This document shows, one piece after another, positions 11,760 to 21,826 of a DNA stretch of 26,927 bases. The position numbers and the translations under genes were made by a program. Numbering within the stretch: position 1 is the first letter of the stretch; each line of letters opens with the position of its first letter. The notes under the pieces are model-generated. The model was not told where the DNA came from. It did not search any database and worked only from the letters and a program-made list of their open reading frames with translations. Source of the stretch: Cyanophora paradoxa CCMP329 (Eukaryota; Plantae; Glaucophyta); the NCBI GenBank assembly GCA_004431415.1, contig QPMI01000342.1:1-26927 (forward strand), given 5' to 3'.

Positions 11760-12106
11760 GCATCCCTCGTGAGGATCACTCCACTTGACTCCACCCTGCA
11801 TCCAGAGGACGTGCGGCTCCGCGTCTCTCTCGGCTCTGCGGGTTGCGTACGCGTCAGTGGAAGCCGGCGCAGCTCCACTTGACAGCGATCTCTATGCGAG
11901 GAAGCGCATCTATCTGTTGTCAAGCCTACCGGGCGCACTGTCGCACCTAGTCGGCAGACAAGATGCCAAGACCTTGCCCTGGCTCCGACGACGTAGCTGC
12001 CCTTCTCCGGGACGTCCAGCTCGTCAAGCCAGATGTCAGTCGCTTCACGCACATCTCAAGCGTGTGCGAACTGTCGTTTTCTTCCTGTCGTGGGCGTTTG
12101 ATCAGC

Positions 12107-12165
12107 GACCGAGGCCTGTTCAGCGGGCGGAGGTCTGACCGAGGCCTGTCCGGCGGGCGGAGGTC
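12107..12165 (+). repeat. 30-bp tandem duplication
   Basis: GACCGAGGCCTGT(TCA/CCG)GCGGGCGGAGGTC at 12107 and 12137. Confidence 0.9.
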
Positions 12166-12960
12166 AACAGAAGCGTAAAGGATGCGCTCTGGAACGTCCT
12201 ACGACGACGTGAGCAGCCATAGCTAAAGTTGGACGGCGGACAGCGGACCTGTCTGTTGAGGAGCGTCAGCAAGCAGCACTGGGTGATGCCCCGCGACCAG
12301 TCTTCACGTTCGCGCGTCGACTGCGTCGGCCCGTCGGGTGATTCCCGTGCATCGGTTGAACCTGGCAGCTGGGTGATGCCAGCTGGACGCCAGCGCTGTT
12401 TCGGTCTGCTTAGCTGTGGGTGATTCCACGCTGACCAAGCCAGCACGCACCGGCGCTCTAGTCCGGGTGATTCCGACCAAGCCTCCGCTTGCGACTCTCC
12501 GCTGCTGAGAGGTCCATACGTCTTGCCTACGACTATCACGCGAGCACCGATGATCATTCCGGGCCGCGCTGATGCTGTCTCCTGTCCCGCGATGGTGGCC
12601 TGCCTAAGCCCCGGCTACGCGCTGCATCTGCGTACGCTGGCGGACTCGATGGCTGTATCCCATCCCGTCCGATCGTGGAGGATCCTTGGCGATGGGTCTG
12701 TATGATGCGACCAGTGGCCTGCTGCTGCTGCGGAGCCTGACCCCGTACGACTGGCTCGCCGCCTCTACTCTTCATGGCTTGCCTGCTCTACGCGTACGCG
12801 GCTGCACACTCTACTGTGCTGACCGATCGCCCCGCCTTGTGACTCCGCCGGCCGAGTCACTTGGCAACGCAATGCGGCAAGCTGCGCCGAGCTTGGCCCG
12901 CAACGCGTACTCTACCGCTGCGGCTCTGCTGATCGAGCCTGCGGTCCTACACTACTACAC

Positions 12961-13655
12961 TCTACGTCAAGTACCTTCTACACTGTGGAACTTTCGACCC
13001 GGCGCCGCCGCGGCCCGGCGGCTCGTGTGGCGCGGCGCCGGCTTCGAATTCGAGCTTAGTGCTAGCGCTAGCACTCGTTTTCCCTTCCGGCGGGATTTAG
13101 AGGGTTTGCCCCCGGACATTCTACATCAAGTACCTTCTACACTGTGGAACTTTCGACCCGGCGCCGCCGCAGCCCGGCGGCTTGCGGCGCGGCGCCGGCT
13201 TCGAATTCGAGCTTAGTGCTAGCGCTAGCACTCGTTTTCCCCTCCGGCGGGATTTAGAGGGTTTGCCCCCGGTTGGCTGGCGGCGCTCCGCGCGCTCTGG
13301 CGTCAGGTCGTGGGTCCCTCACCCAACTTTCCTTGTTGGGCCCAGTTCCTCATACTGGTGCCGACGGCCTGATGGATTTTAATTTGCCCCTCCGGTCTAC
13401 ACTGTGGAACTTTCGACCCGGCGCCGCCGCAGCCCGGCGGCTTGCGGCGCGGCGCCGGCTTCGAATTCGAGCTTAGTGCTAGCGCTAGCACTCGTTTTCC
13501 CCTCCGGCGGGATTTAGAGGGTTTGCCCCCGGTTGGCTGGCGGCGCTCCGCGCGCTCTGGCGTCAGGTCGTGGGTCCCTCACCCAACTTTCCTTGTTGGG
13601 CCCAGTTCCTCATACTGGTGCCGACGGCCTGATGGATTTTAATTTGCCCCTCCGG
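12961..13655 (+). repeat. Tandem repeat upstream of the 3' LTR: one ~155-bp partial unit plus two 260-bp units (13136-13395, 13396-13655)
   Basis: TCTACACTGTGGAACTTTCGACCCGGCGCCG begins at 12977, 13136 and 13396. The ORF track shows identical peptides 260 bp apart. Confidence 0.93.
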
Positions 13656-13785
13656 CCCGCCCGCTGTGGCGCCGAGGACGGCTTTCTGTGCAGGGACGGT
13701 AGCCGGCTTTTGGCTTGTAGTCCGTTCAGCCTCGCCTACGCAGCTTTAGTTCAGCCTTTAGCTCGTAGCGCCGAGGACGGCTTTT

Positions 13786-13799
13786 TGTAGCGGGAAGCG
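13786..13799 (+). other. Putative polypurine-tract-like plus-strand primer site
   Basis: A T-run followed by GTAGCGGGAAGCG lies immediately before the 3' LTR. Confidence 0.5.
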
Positions 13800-14136
13800 T
13801 GTGCCGCCCACTTTCCGACTCCCAGCTAGCCCTGGTCGTCGGCTCGAAGCCGGCAGCTTGCCTTGCCTTGTACCCTTTGTAGCCTGCTATTCCTGGTGCC
13901 ACGTTGTTGCCAACTGGCCCGCTTATTTTAGCCCTGGGCCCTCGCTTGCCCTGCGCGGCGCTCGCTTGCTGTCTTGTCCCTGTTCTCTGTACTTGCTGTC
14001 TTACGCCGGCTCTGCGCCTGCTGTCTACGTAATGGCACCCGCTTGCCGTCGCCCTACGGTGCTGTACGGGCCTGTCCCTCCCTGCTTGGGGCGCCTCTGG
14101 GCCTAGCCAACTGCTAAGCGCATCCCGCCCAGCGCA
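13800..14136 (+). repeat. 3' LTR (337 bp)
   Basis: Copy of 10448-10784, followed by AGCT. Confidence 0.9.
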
Positions 14137-15244
14137 AGCTGCATGCGCAGTCGATCGCAAGCGGTCGCAACGGTTCCCTTCATACGCGTACGCGTGATCA
14201 GCAGCAGCGGAGCTCGAGGTCAGCTCGCAGATTGGAGAGATGGTCTGGTCTGGAGACGATGGCCTTCACCACGTCTGCCGAATTCGCGTCACTCGCGTCA
14301 CACGGCGTCGCACTAGTACTGCCGGAGCCTGCAGCTGCAGCTGCATGTGCACATCCAGTAACTCACCAAGCGTGAGTCCTGTGCCCGGCTGCCTGCCTGG
14401 CACTTTGACAATGGCAGTCAACGTATGTGTCCTGACCCAGGCCCGGGGGCGGCCGTAGTGGGGGCGGCCTGACCCAGTCAACGTTGATCCGTAGTGGTTA
14501 TATTTACGCCTTCGTGGCGTACCACGGTACTTCGTGCCCCCCATGGGCCCGGAGGGCTTTCGGCATGCAATGAAACTGAATGAAATGAAACATTGCCTGC
14601 TTTGCTTGTATGAGAATCCGATGGCACAGAAAGCTTATATAAGAATGGTTTTCAAAATAGTGCAGAATATACAAGCCACTCAAGCGCGAGCACAGGAGAT
14701 GACTCGGTTACGGGCGCTGTATCTGTTCGTCGCGCAGGAGCAAGTTCGACTGCTCGAACGGTGATGTCCTCGTCTGGTCGGAGTCCGTCATGGTGCGGCA
14801 CCCGCGCCTCGAGCTCGCTCGAGCTCTGCAGCTCGCCCCCCCTTCGAATTCAAACGACAAACCGCTCGTGCCCCGGCCACCGGCCACGTAGGGCATCCCC
14901 GGCACAAAGATCGTCGGCTCCCTCCTGGGCAACATCAATAAGGGCAAGAAGCTCGTGCGTCAGCTTCGATCGCGCGCTGCACACTGTATAGTTCGACTGT
15001 GCCAGTGCGAACCCCCTCTCAGCTGCAGGACACGTACACTTTCAAGGTAGAGGATGGCAGCATCCTCGTCGACATCTGAGCACCTCGCCTCCGCCTCAGG
15101 CGCCCTAGCTCTTCAAAGTCCATGACTCAGTGACAGATGCGCGCGCACACTATGCGTCTCCCCAAGAGGAAGAGCGCGAGTAGTACTGCGTATACAACGA
15201 GGCGTAGTATATTGAAACCCGCGGGGATCGCGAGGGCGGGTCTG

Positions 15245-16234
15245 CTACACGTTCATGGGCACGGCGCGGGGCAGCTCTAGATCTTGCGGGGAGAGTACGC
15301 GGTCTATGAGGCCATAGCCGATCGCCTCCTCCGGCGCCAGGTAGGGGGACCTGGCCGGTCTTCTCGGCCAGGATTTCGAGCATGAGTTGCCTGTTCGACA
15401 TCGCCTCCCGCGCCTTGATGGCGATCTCCGTCGCCTGGCCCTGCGCCCAATATCAACACGGGGCTCTCCCGCTCGAATGCGCAGCGACAACGCGGACCTG
15501 GACGCTGGTGCGAGGCTGGTTCAGCATGATTGTCGCGTGCGGGAGTGACCCGCGGAAGCCCTGCGAGACTCCGACCTCAGGGCTTTGAGCGTGCGCAGAG
15601 CGGGGCTTTCGTGCCTTCGTGCCGCAGGCAAGGATCATGGCCGCCATCCCGTACGCCTGGCCGACACAGATCGCGTGCACCTGCGCACGACAGCGTTAGC
15701 CTTGGCATGCGGAGAGAGAGGGCGGGTCTCTGCGGACCTGGGCCCAGTTTGATGTACGCCATTGTGTCGCAGATGGCGAAGGCCTCCGTCTCAAAGCCGA
15801 CAGTCTCACCTGCGCAGACAAAGGAACGAAAAGAGAGTGAGGGTTTTGAGTGAGGAGACGGAGAGCGAGCGAGGCCCGATTGAAGGCCTGCCATGGTTAA
15901 CAAGGCGCACCGTCAGCGCGAGAAGTGCCAGTTGAGTTAATGTACATGATAACGGGCTTCTGGGGCTCGTTGTACTGCAGCCAGAGGAGCTGAGCGCGAG
16001 GCGTGGTCAGATGCGCTGACGCTTCGAGCTGGCTGAAACTAAGCACCCGCAAGCTTAACTGCTAAAACACCAATCGCGTGTCTATGCGGCCAAGAACGAA
16101 AAAAACCCCGCGGCTACCCGCGGACGGTCACACCTGGCATGGGCGAAAATAAGCTCGGTCACGGCCGGGACGAGCGGCATGCCGAGGTAGACGATGCGAG
16201 AGTTGAGGACCGATTGAGGGAAGGAAGATCCGGA
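15245..16234 (-). pseudogene. clpR: clpR pseudogene fragment, unit 1
   Basis: Lacks the first three exons and start. Carries the shared deletion of source 7930-8053, plus private insertions at 15279-15284 and 15743-15746. Confidence 0.92.
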
Positions 16235-17121
16235 CTCTCTGACGGTGGCAGTCGACGTATGAGGCGGCGGCCGGCGGCCGGCCCGGCCCTCTGACGGTGG
16301 CAGTCAACGTATGTGTCCTGACCGTAGTTTTCTTTTTTACGCATTCGTCCGGCACGAGCACGTTGATCCGTAGTGTTTTTTTTACGCCTTCGTGGCGTAC
16401 CACGGTACTTCGTGCCCCCATGGGCCCGGAGGGCTTTCGGCATGCAATGAAACTGAATGAAATGAAACATTGCCTGCTTTGCTTGTATGAGAATCCGATG
16501 GCACAGAAAGCTTGTATAAAAATGGTTTTCAAAATAGTGCAGAATATCCAAGCCACTCAAGCGCGAGCACAGGAGATGACTCGGTTACGGGCGCTGTATC
16601 TGTTCGTCGCGCAGGAGCAAGTTCGACTGCTCGAACGGTGATGTCCTCGTCTGGTCGGAGTCCGTCATGGTGCGGCACCCGCGCCTCGAGCTCGCTCGAG
16701 CTCTGCAGCTCGCCCCCCCTTCGAATTCAAACGACAAACCGCTCGTGCCCCGGCCACCGGCCACGTAGGGCATCCCCGGCACAAAGATCGTCGGCTCCCT
16801 CCTGGGCAACATCAATAAGGGCAAGAAGCTCGTGCGTCAGCTTCGATCGCGCGCTGCACACTGTATAGTTCGACTGTGCCAGTGCGAACCCCCTCTCAGC
16901 TGCAGGACACGTACACTTTCAAGGTAGAGGATGGCAGCATCCTCGTCGACATCTGAGCACCTCGCCTCCGCCTCAGGCGCCCTAGCTCTTCAAAGTCCAT
17001 GACTCAGTGACAGATGCGCGCGCACACTATGCGTCTCCCCAAGAGGAAGAGCGCGAGTAGTACTGCGTATACAACGAGGCGTAGTATATTGAAACCCGCG
17101 GGGATCGCGAGGGCGGGTCTG

Positions 17122-18100
17122 CTACACGTTCATGGGCACGGCGCGGGGCAGCTCTTGCGGGGAGAGTACGCGGTCTATGAGGCCATAGCCGATCGCCTCC
17201 TCCGGCGCCAGGTAGGGGGACCTGGCCGGTCTTCTCGGCCAGGATTTCGAGCATGAGTTGCCTGTTCGACATCGCCTCCCGCGCCTTGATGGCGATCTCC
17301 GTCGCCTGGCCCTGCGCCCAATATCAACACGGGGCTCTCCCGCTTGAATGCGCAGCGACAACGCGGACCTGGGCGCTGGTGCGAGGCTGGTTCAGCATGA
17401 TTGTCGCGTGCGGGAGTGACCCGCGGAAGCCCTGCGAGACTCCGACCTCAGGGCTTTGAGCGTGCGCAGAGCGGGCTTTCGTGCCTTCGTGCCGCAGGCA
17501 AGGATCATGGCCGCCATCCCGTACGCCTGGCCGACACAGATCGCGTGCACCTGCGCACGACAGCGTTAGCCTTGGCATGCGGAGAGAGAGGGCGGGTCTC
17601 TGCGGACCTGGGGTTTGATGTACGCCATTGTGTCGCAGATGGCGAAGGCCTCCGTCTCAAAGCCGACAGTCTCACCTGCGCAGACAAAGGAACGAAAAGA
17701 GAGTGAGGGTTTTGAGTGAGGAGACGGAGAGCGAGCGAGGCCCGATTGAAGGCCTGCCATGGTTAACAAGGCGCACCGTCAGCGCGAGAAGTGCCAGTTG
17801 AGTTAATGTACATGATAACGGGCTTCTGGGGCTCGTTGTACTGCAGCCAGAGGAGCTGAGCGCGAGGCGTGGTCAGATGCGCTGACGCTTCGAGCTGGCT
17901 GAAACTAAGCACCCGCAAGCTTAACTGCTAAAACACCAATCGCGTGTCTATGCGGCCAAGAACGAAAAAAACCCCGCGGCTACCCGCGGACGGTCACACC
18001 TGGCATGGGCGAAAATAAGCTCGGTCACGGCCGGGACGAGCGGCATGCCGAGGTAGACGATGCGAGAGTTGAGGACCGATTGAGGGAAGGAAGATCCGGA
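17122..18100 (-). pseudogene. clpR: clpR pseudogene fragment, unit 2
   Basis: Same 5' truncation and internal deletion. Confidence 0.92.
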
Positions 18101-18986
18101 CTCTCTGACGGTGGCAGTCGACGTATGAGGCGGCGGCCGGCGGCCGGCCCGGCCCTCTGACGGTGGCAGTCAACGTATGTGTCCTGACCGTAGTTTTCTT
18201 TTTTACGCATTCGTCCGGCACGAGCACGTTGATCCGTAGTGTTTTTTTTACGCCTTCGTGGCGTACCACGGTACTTCGTGCCCCCATGGCCCGGAGGGCT
18301 TTCGGCATGCAATGAAACTGAATGAAATGAAACATTGCCTGCTTTGCTTGTATGAGAATCCGATGGCACAGAAAGCTTGTATAAAAATGGTTTTCAAAAT
18401 AGTGCAGAATATCCAAGCCACTCAAGCGCGAGCACAGGAGATGACTCGGTTACGGGCGCTGTATCTGTTCGTCGCGCAGGAGCAAGTTCGACTGCTCGAA
18501 CGGTGATGTCCTCGTCTGGTCGGAGTCCGTCATGGTGCGGCACCCGCGCCTCGAGCTCGCTCGAGCTCTGCAGCTCGCCCCCCCTTCGAATTCAAACGAC
18601 AAACCGCTCGTGCCCCGGCCACCGGCCACGTAGGGCATCCCCGGCACAAAGATCGTCGGCTCCCTCCTGGGCAACATCAATAAGGGCAAGAAGCTCGTGC
18701 GTCAGCTTCGATCGCGCGCTGCACACTGTATAGTTCGACTGTGCCAGTGCGAACCCCCTCTCAGCTGCAGGACACGTACACTTTCAAGGTAGAGGATGGC
18801 AGCATCCTCGTCGACATCTGAGCACCTCGCCTCCGCCTCAGGCGCCCTAGCTCTTCAAAGTCCATGACTCAGTGACAGATGCGCGCGCACACTATGCGTC
18901 TCCCCAAGAGGAAGAGCGCGAGTAGTACTGCGTATACAACGAGGCGTAGTATATTGAAACCCGCGGGGATCGCGAGGGCGGGTCTG

Positions 18987-19965
18987 CTACACGTTCATGG
19001 GCACGGCGCGGGGCAGCTCTTGCGGGGAGAGTACGCGGTCTATGAGGCCATAGCCGATCGCCTCCTCCGGCGCCAGGTAGGGGGACCTGGCCGGTCTTCT
19101 CGGCCAGGATTTCGAGCATGAGTTGCCTGTTCGACATCGCCTCCCGCGCCTTGATGGCGATCTCCGTCGCCTGGCCCTGCGCCCAATATCAACACGGGGC
19201 TCTCCCGCTTGAATGCGCAGCGACAACGCGGACCTGGGCGCTGGTGCGAGGCTGGTTCAGCATGATTGTCGCGTGCGGGAGTGACCCGCGGAAGCCCTGC
19301 GAGACTCCGACCTCAGGGCTTTGAGCGTGCGCAGAGCGGGGCTTTCGTGCCTTCGTGCCGCAGGCAAGGATCATGGCCGCCATCCCGTACGCCTGGCCGA
19401 CACAGATCGCGTGCACCTGCGCACGACAGCGTTAGCCTTGGCATGCGGAGAGAGAGGGCGGGTCTCTGCGGACCTGGGGTTTGATGTACGCCATTGTGTC
19501 GCAGATGGCGAAGGCCTCCGTCTCAAAGCCGACAGTCTCACCTGCGCAGACAAAGGAACGAAAAGAGAGTGAGGGTTTTGAGTGAGGAGACGGAGAGCGA
19601 GCGAGGCCCGATTGAAGGCCTGCCATGGTTAACAAGGCGCACCGTCAGCGCGAGAAGTGCCAGTTGAGTTAATGTACATGATAACGGGCTTCTGGGCTCG
19701 TTGTACTGCAGCCAGAGGAGCTGAGCGCGAGGCGTGGTCAGATGCGCTGACGCTTCGAGCTGGCTGAAACTAAGCACCCGCAAGCTTAACTGCTAAAACA
19801 CCAATCGCGTGTCTATGCGGCCAAGAACGAAAAAAACCCCGCGGCTACCCGCGGACGGTCACACCTGGCATGGGCGAAAATAAGCTCGGTCACGGCCGGG
19901 ACGAGCGGCATGCCGAGGTAGACGATGCGAGAGTTGAGGACCGATTGAGGGAAGGAAGATCCGGA
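18987..19965 (-). pseudogene. clpR: clpR pseudogene fragment, unit 3
   Basis: Same 5' truncation and internal deletion. Confidence 0.92.
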
Positions 19966-20853
19966 CTCTCTGACGGTGGCAGTCGACGTATGAGGCGGCG
20001 GCCGGCGGCCGGCCCGGCCCTCTGACGGTGGCAGTCAACGTATGTGTCCTGACCGTAGTTTTCTTTTTTACGCATTCGTCCGGCACGAGCACGTTGATCC
20101 GTAGTGTTTTTTTTACGCCTTCGTGGCGTACCACGGTACTTCGTGCCCCCCATGGGCCCGGAGGGCTTTCGGCATGCAATGAAACTGAATGAAATGAAAC
20201 ATTGCCTGCTTTGCTTGTATGAGAATCCGATGGCACAGAAAGCTTGTATAAAAATGGTTTTCAAAATAGTGCAGAATATCCAAGCCACTCAAGCGCGAGC
20301 ACAGGAGATGACTCGGTTACGGGCGCTGTATCTGTTCGTCGCGCAGGAGCAAGTTCGACTGCTCGAACGGTGATGTCCTCGTCTGGTCGGAGTCCGTCAT
20401 GGTGCGGCACCCGCGCCTCGAGCTCGCTCGAGCTCTGCAGCTCGCCCCCCCTTCGAATTCAAACGACAAACCGCTCGTGCCCCGGCCACCGGCCACGTAG
20501 GGCATCCCCGGCACAAAGATCGTCGGCTCCCTCCTGGGCAACATCAATAAGGGCAAGAAGCTCGTGCGTCAGCTTCGATCGCGCGCTGCACACTGTATAG
20601 TTCGACTGTGCCAGTGCGAACCCCCTCTCAGCTGCAGGACACGTACACTTTCAAGGTAGAGGATGGCAGCATCCTCGTCGACATCTGAGCACCTCGCCTC
20701 CGCCTCAGGCGCCCTAGCTCTTCAAAGTCCATGACTCAGTGACAGATGCGCGCGCACACTATGCGTCTCCCCAAGAGGAAGAGCGCGAGTAGTACTGCGT
20801 ATACAACGAGGCGTAGTATATTGAAACCCGCGGGGATCGCGAGGGCGGGTCTG

Positions 20854-21826
20854 CTACACGTTCATGGGCACGGCGCGGGGCAGCTCTTGCGGGGAGAGTA
20901 CGCGGTCTATGAGGCCATAGCCGATCGCCTCCTCCGGCGCCAGGTAGGGGGACCTGGCCGGTCTTCTCGGCCAGGATTTCGAGCATGAGTTGCCTGTTCG
21001 ACATCGCCTCCCGCGCCTTGATGGCGATCTCCGTCGCCTGGCCCTGCGCCCAATATCAACACGGGGCTCTCCCGCTTGAATGCGCAGCGACAACGCGGAC
21101 CTGGGCGCTGGTGCGAGGCTGGTTCAGCATGATTGTCGCGTGCGGGAGTGACCCGCGGAAGCCCTGCGAGACTCCGACCTCAGGGCTTTGAGCGTGCGCA
21201 GAGCGGGGCTTTCGTGCCTTCGTGCCGCAGGCAAGGATCATGGCCGCCATCCCGTACGCCTGGCCGACACAGATCGCGTGCACCTGCGCACGACAGCGTT
21301 AGCCTTGGCATGCGGAGAGAGAGGGCGGGTCTCTGCGGACCTGGGTTTGATGTACGCCATTGTGTCGCAGATGGCGAAGGCCTCCGTCTCAAAGCCGACA
21401 GTCTCACCTGCGCAGACAAAGGAACGAAAAGAGAGTGAGGGTTTTGAGTGAGGAGACGGAGAGCGAGCGAGGCCCGATTGAAGGCCTGCCATGGTTAACA
21501 AGGCGCACCGTCAGCGCGAGAAGTGCCAGTTGAGTTAATGTACATGATAACGGGCTTCTGGGGCTCGTTGTACTGCAGCCAGAGGAGCTGAGCGCGAGGC
21601 GTGGTCAGATGCGCTGACGCTTCGAGCTGGCTGAAACTAAGCACCCGCAAGCTTAACTGCTAAAACACCAATCGCGTGTCTATGCGGCCAAGAACGAAAA
21701 AAACCCCGCGGCTACCGCGGACGGTCACACCTGGGCGAAAATAAGCTCAGTCACGGCCGGGACGAGCGGCATGCCGAGGTAGACGATGCGAGAGTTGAGG
21801 ACCGATTGAGGGAAGGAAGATCCGGA
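20854..21826 (-). pseudogene. clpR: clpR pseudogene fragment, unit 4
   Basis: Same 5' truncation and internal deletion. Confidence 0.92.

Larger units (their letters stand above)
10448..14136 (+). mobile_element. Non-autonomous LTR retroelement (3.69 kb, LARD/large-TRIM-like), recently inserted
   Basis: Two 337-bp direct repeats (TGTGC...GCGCA) are flanked by a 4-bp target duplication AGCT (10444-10447 and 14137-14140). TGG follows the 5' LTR directly, and a purine-rich tract precedes the 3' LTR. There is no gag/pol-size ORF inside. Confidence 0.88.

Noticed and set aside
11785-12138. Chromodomain-like peptide HAHLKRVRTVVFFLSW in the LTR internal region
   Set aside because: The resemblance is too weak by eye and there is no adjacent integrase. 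It needs an HMM search.
12281-12474. CRISPR array
   Set aside because: The repeat is only 10 bp, spacing is irregular, there are no cas genes and the context is eukaryotic.
10448-14136. Retrozyme (hammerhead-carrying non-autonomous LTR element), suggested by LTR size and 4-bp TSD
   Set aside because: No CUGAnGA...GAAA core seen on either strand of the LTR. The CTGATGG in the 260-bp repeat does not match.
16235-16544. Firm Helitron call for the array units
   Set aside because: No clear hairpin-CTRR 3' end abutting a 5' TC and no Rep/helicase. Kept only as a hypothesis.
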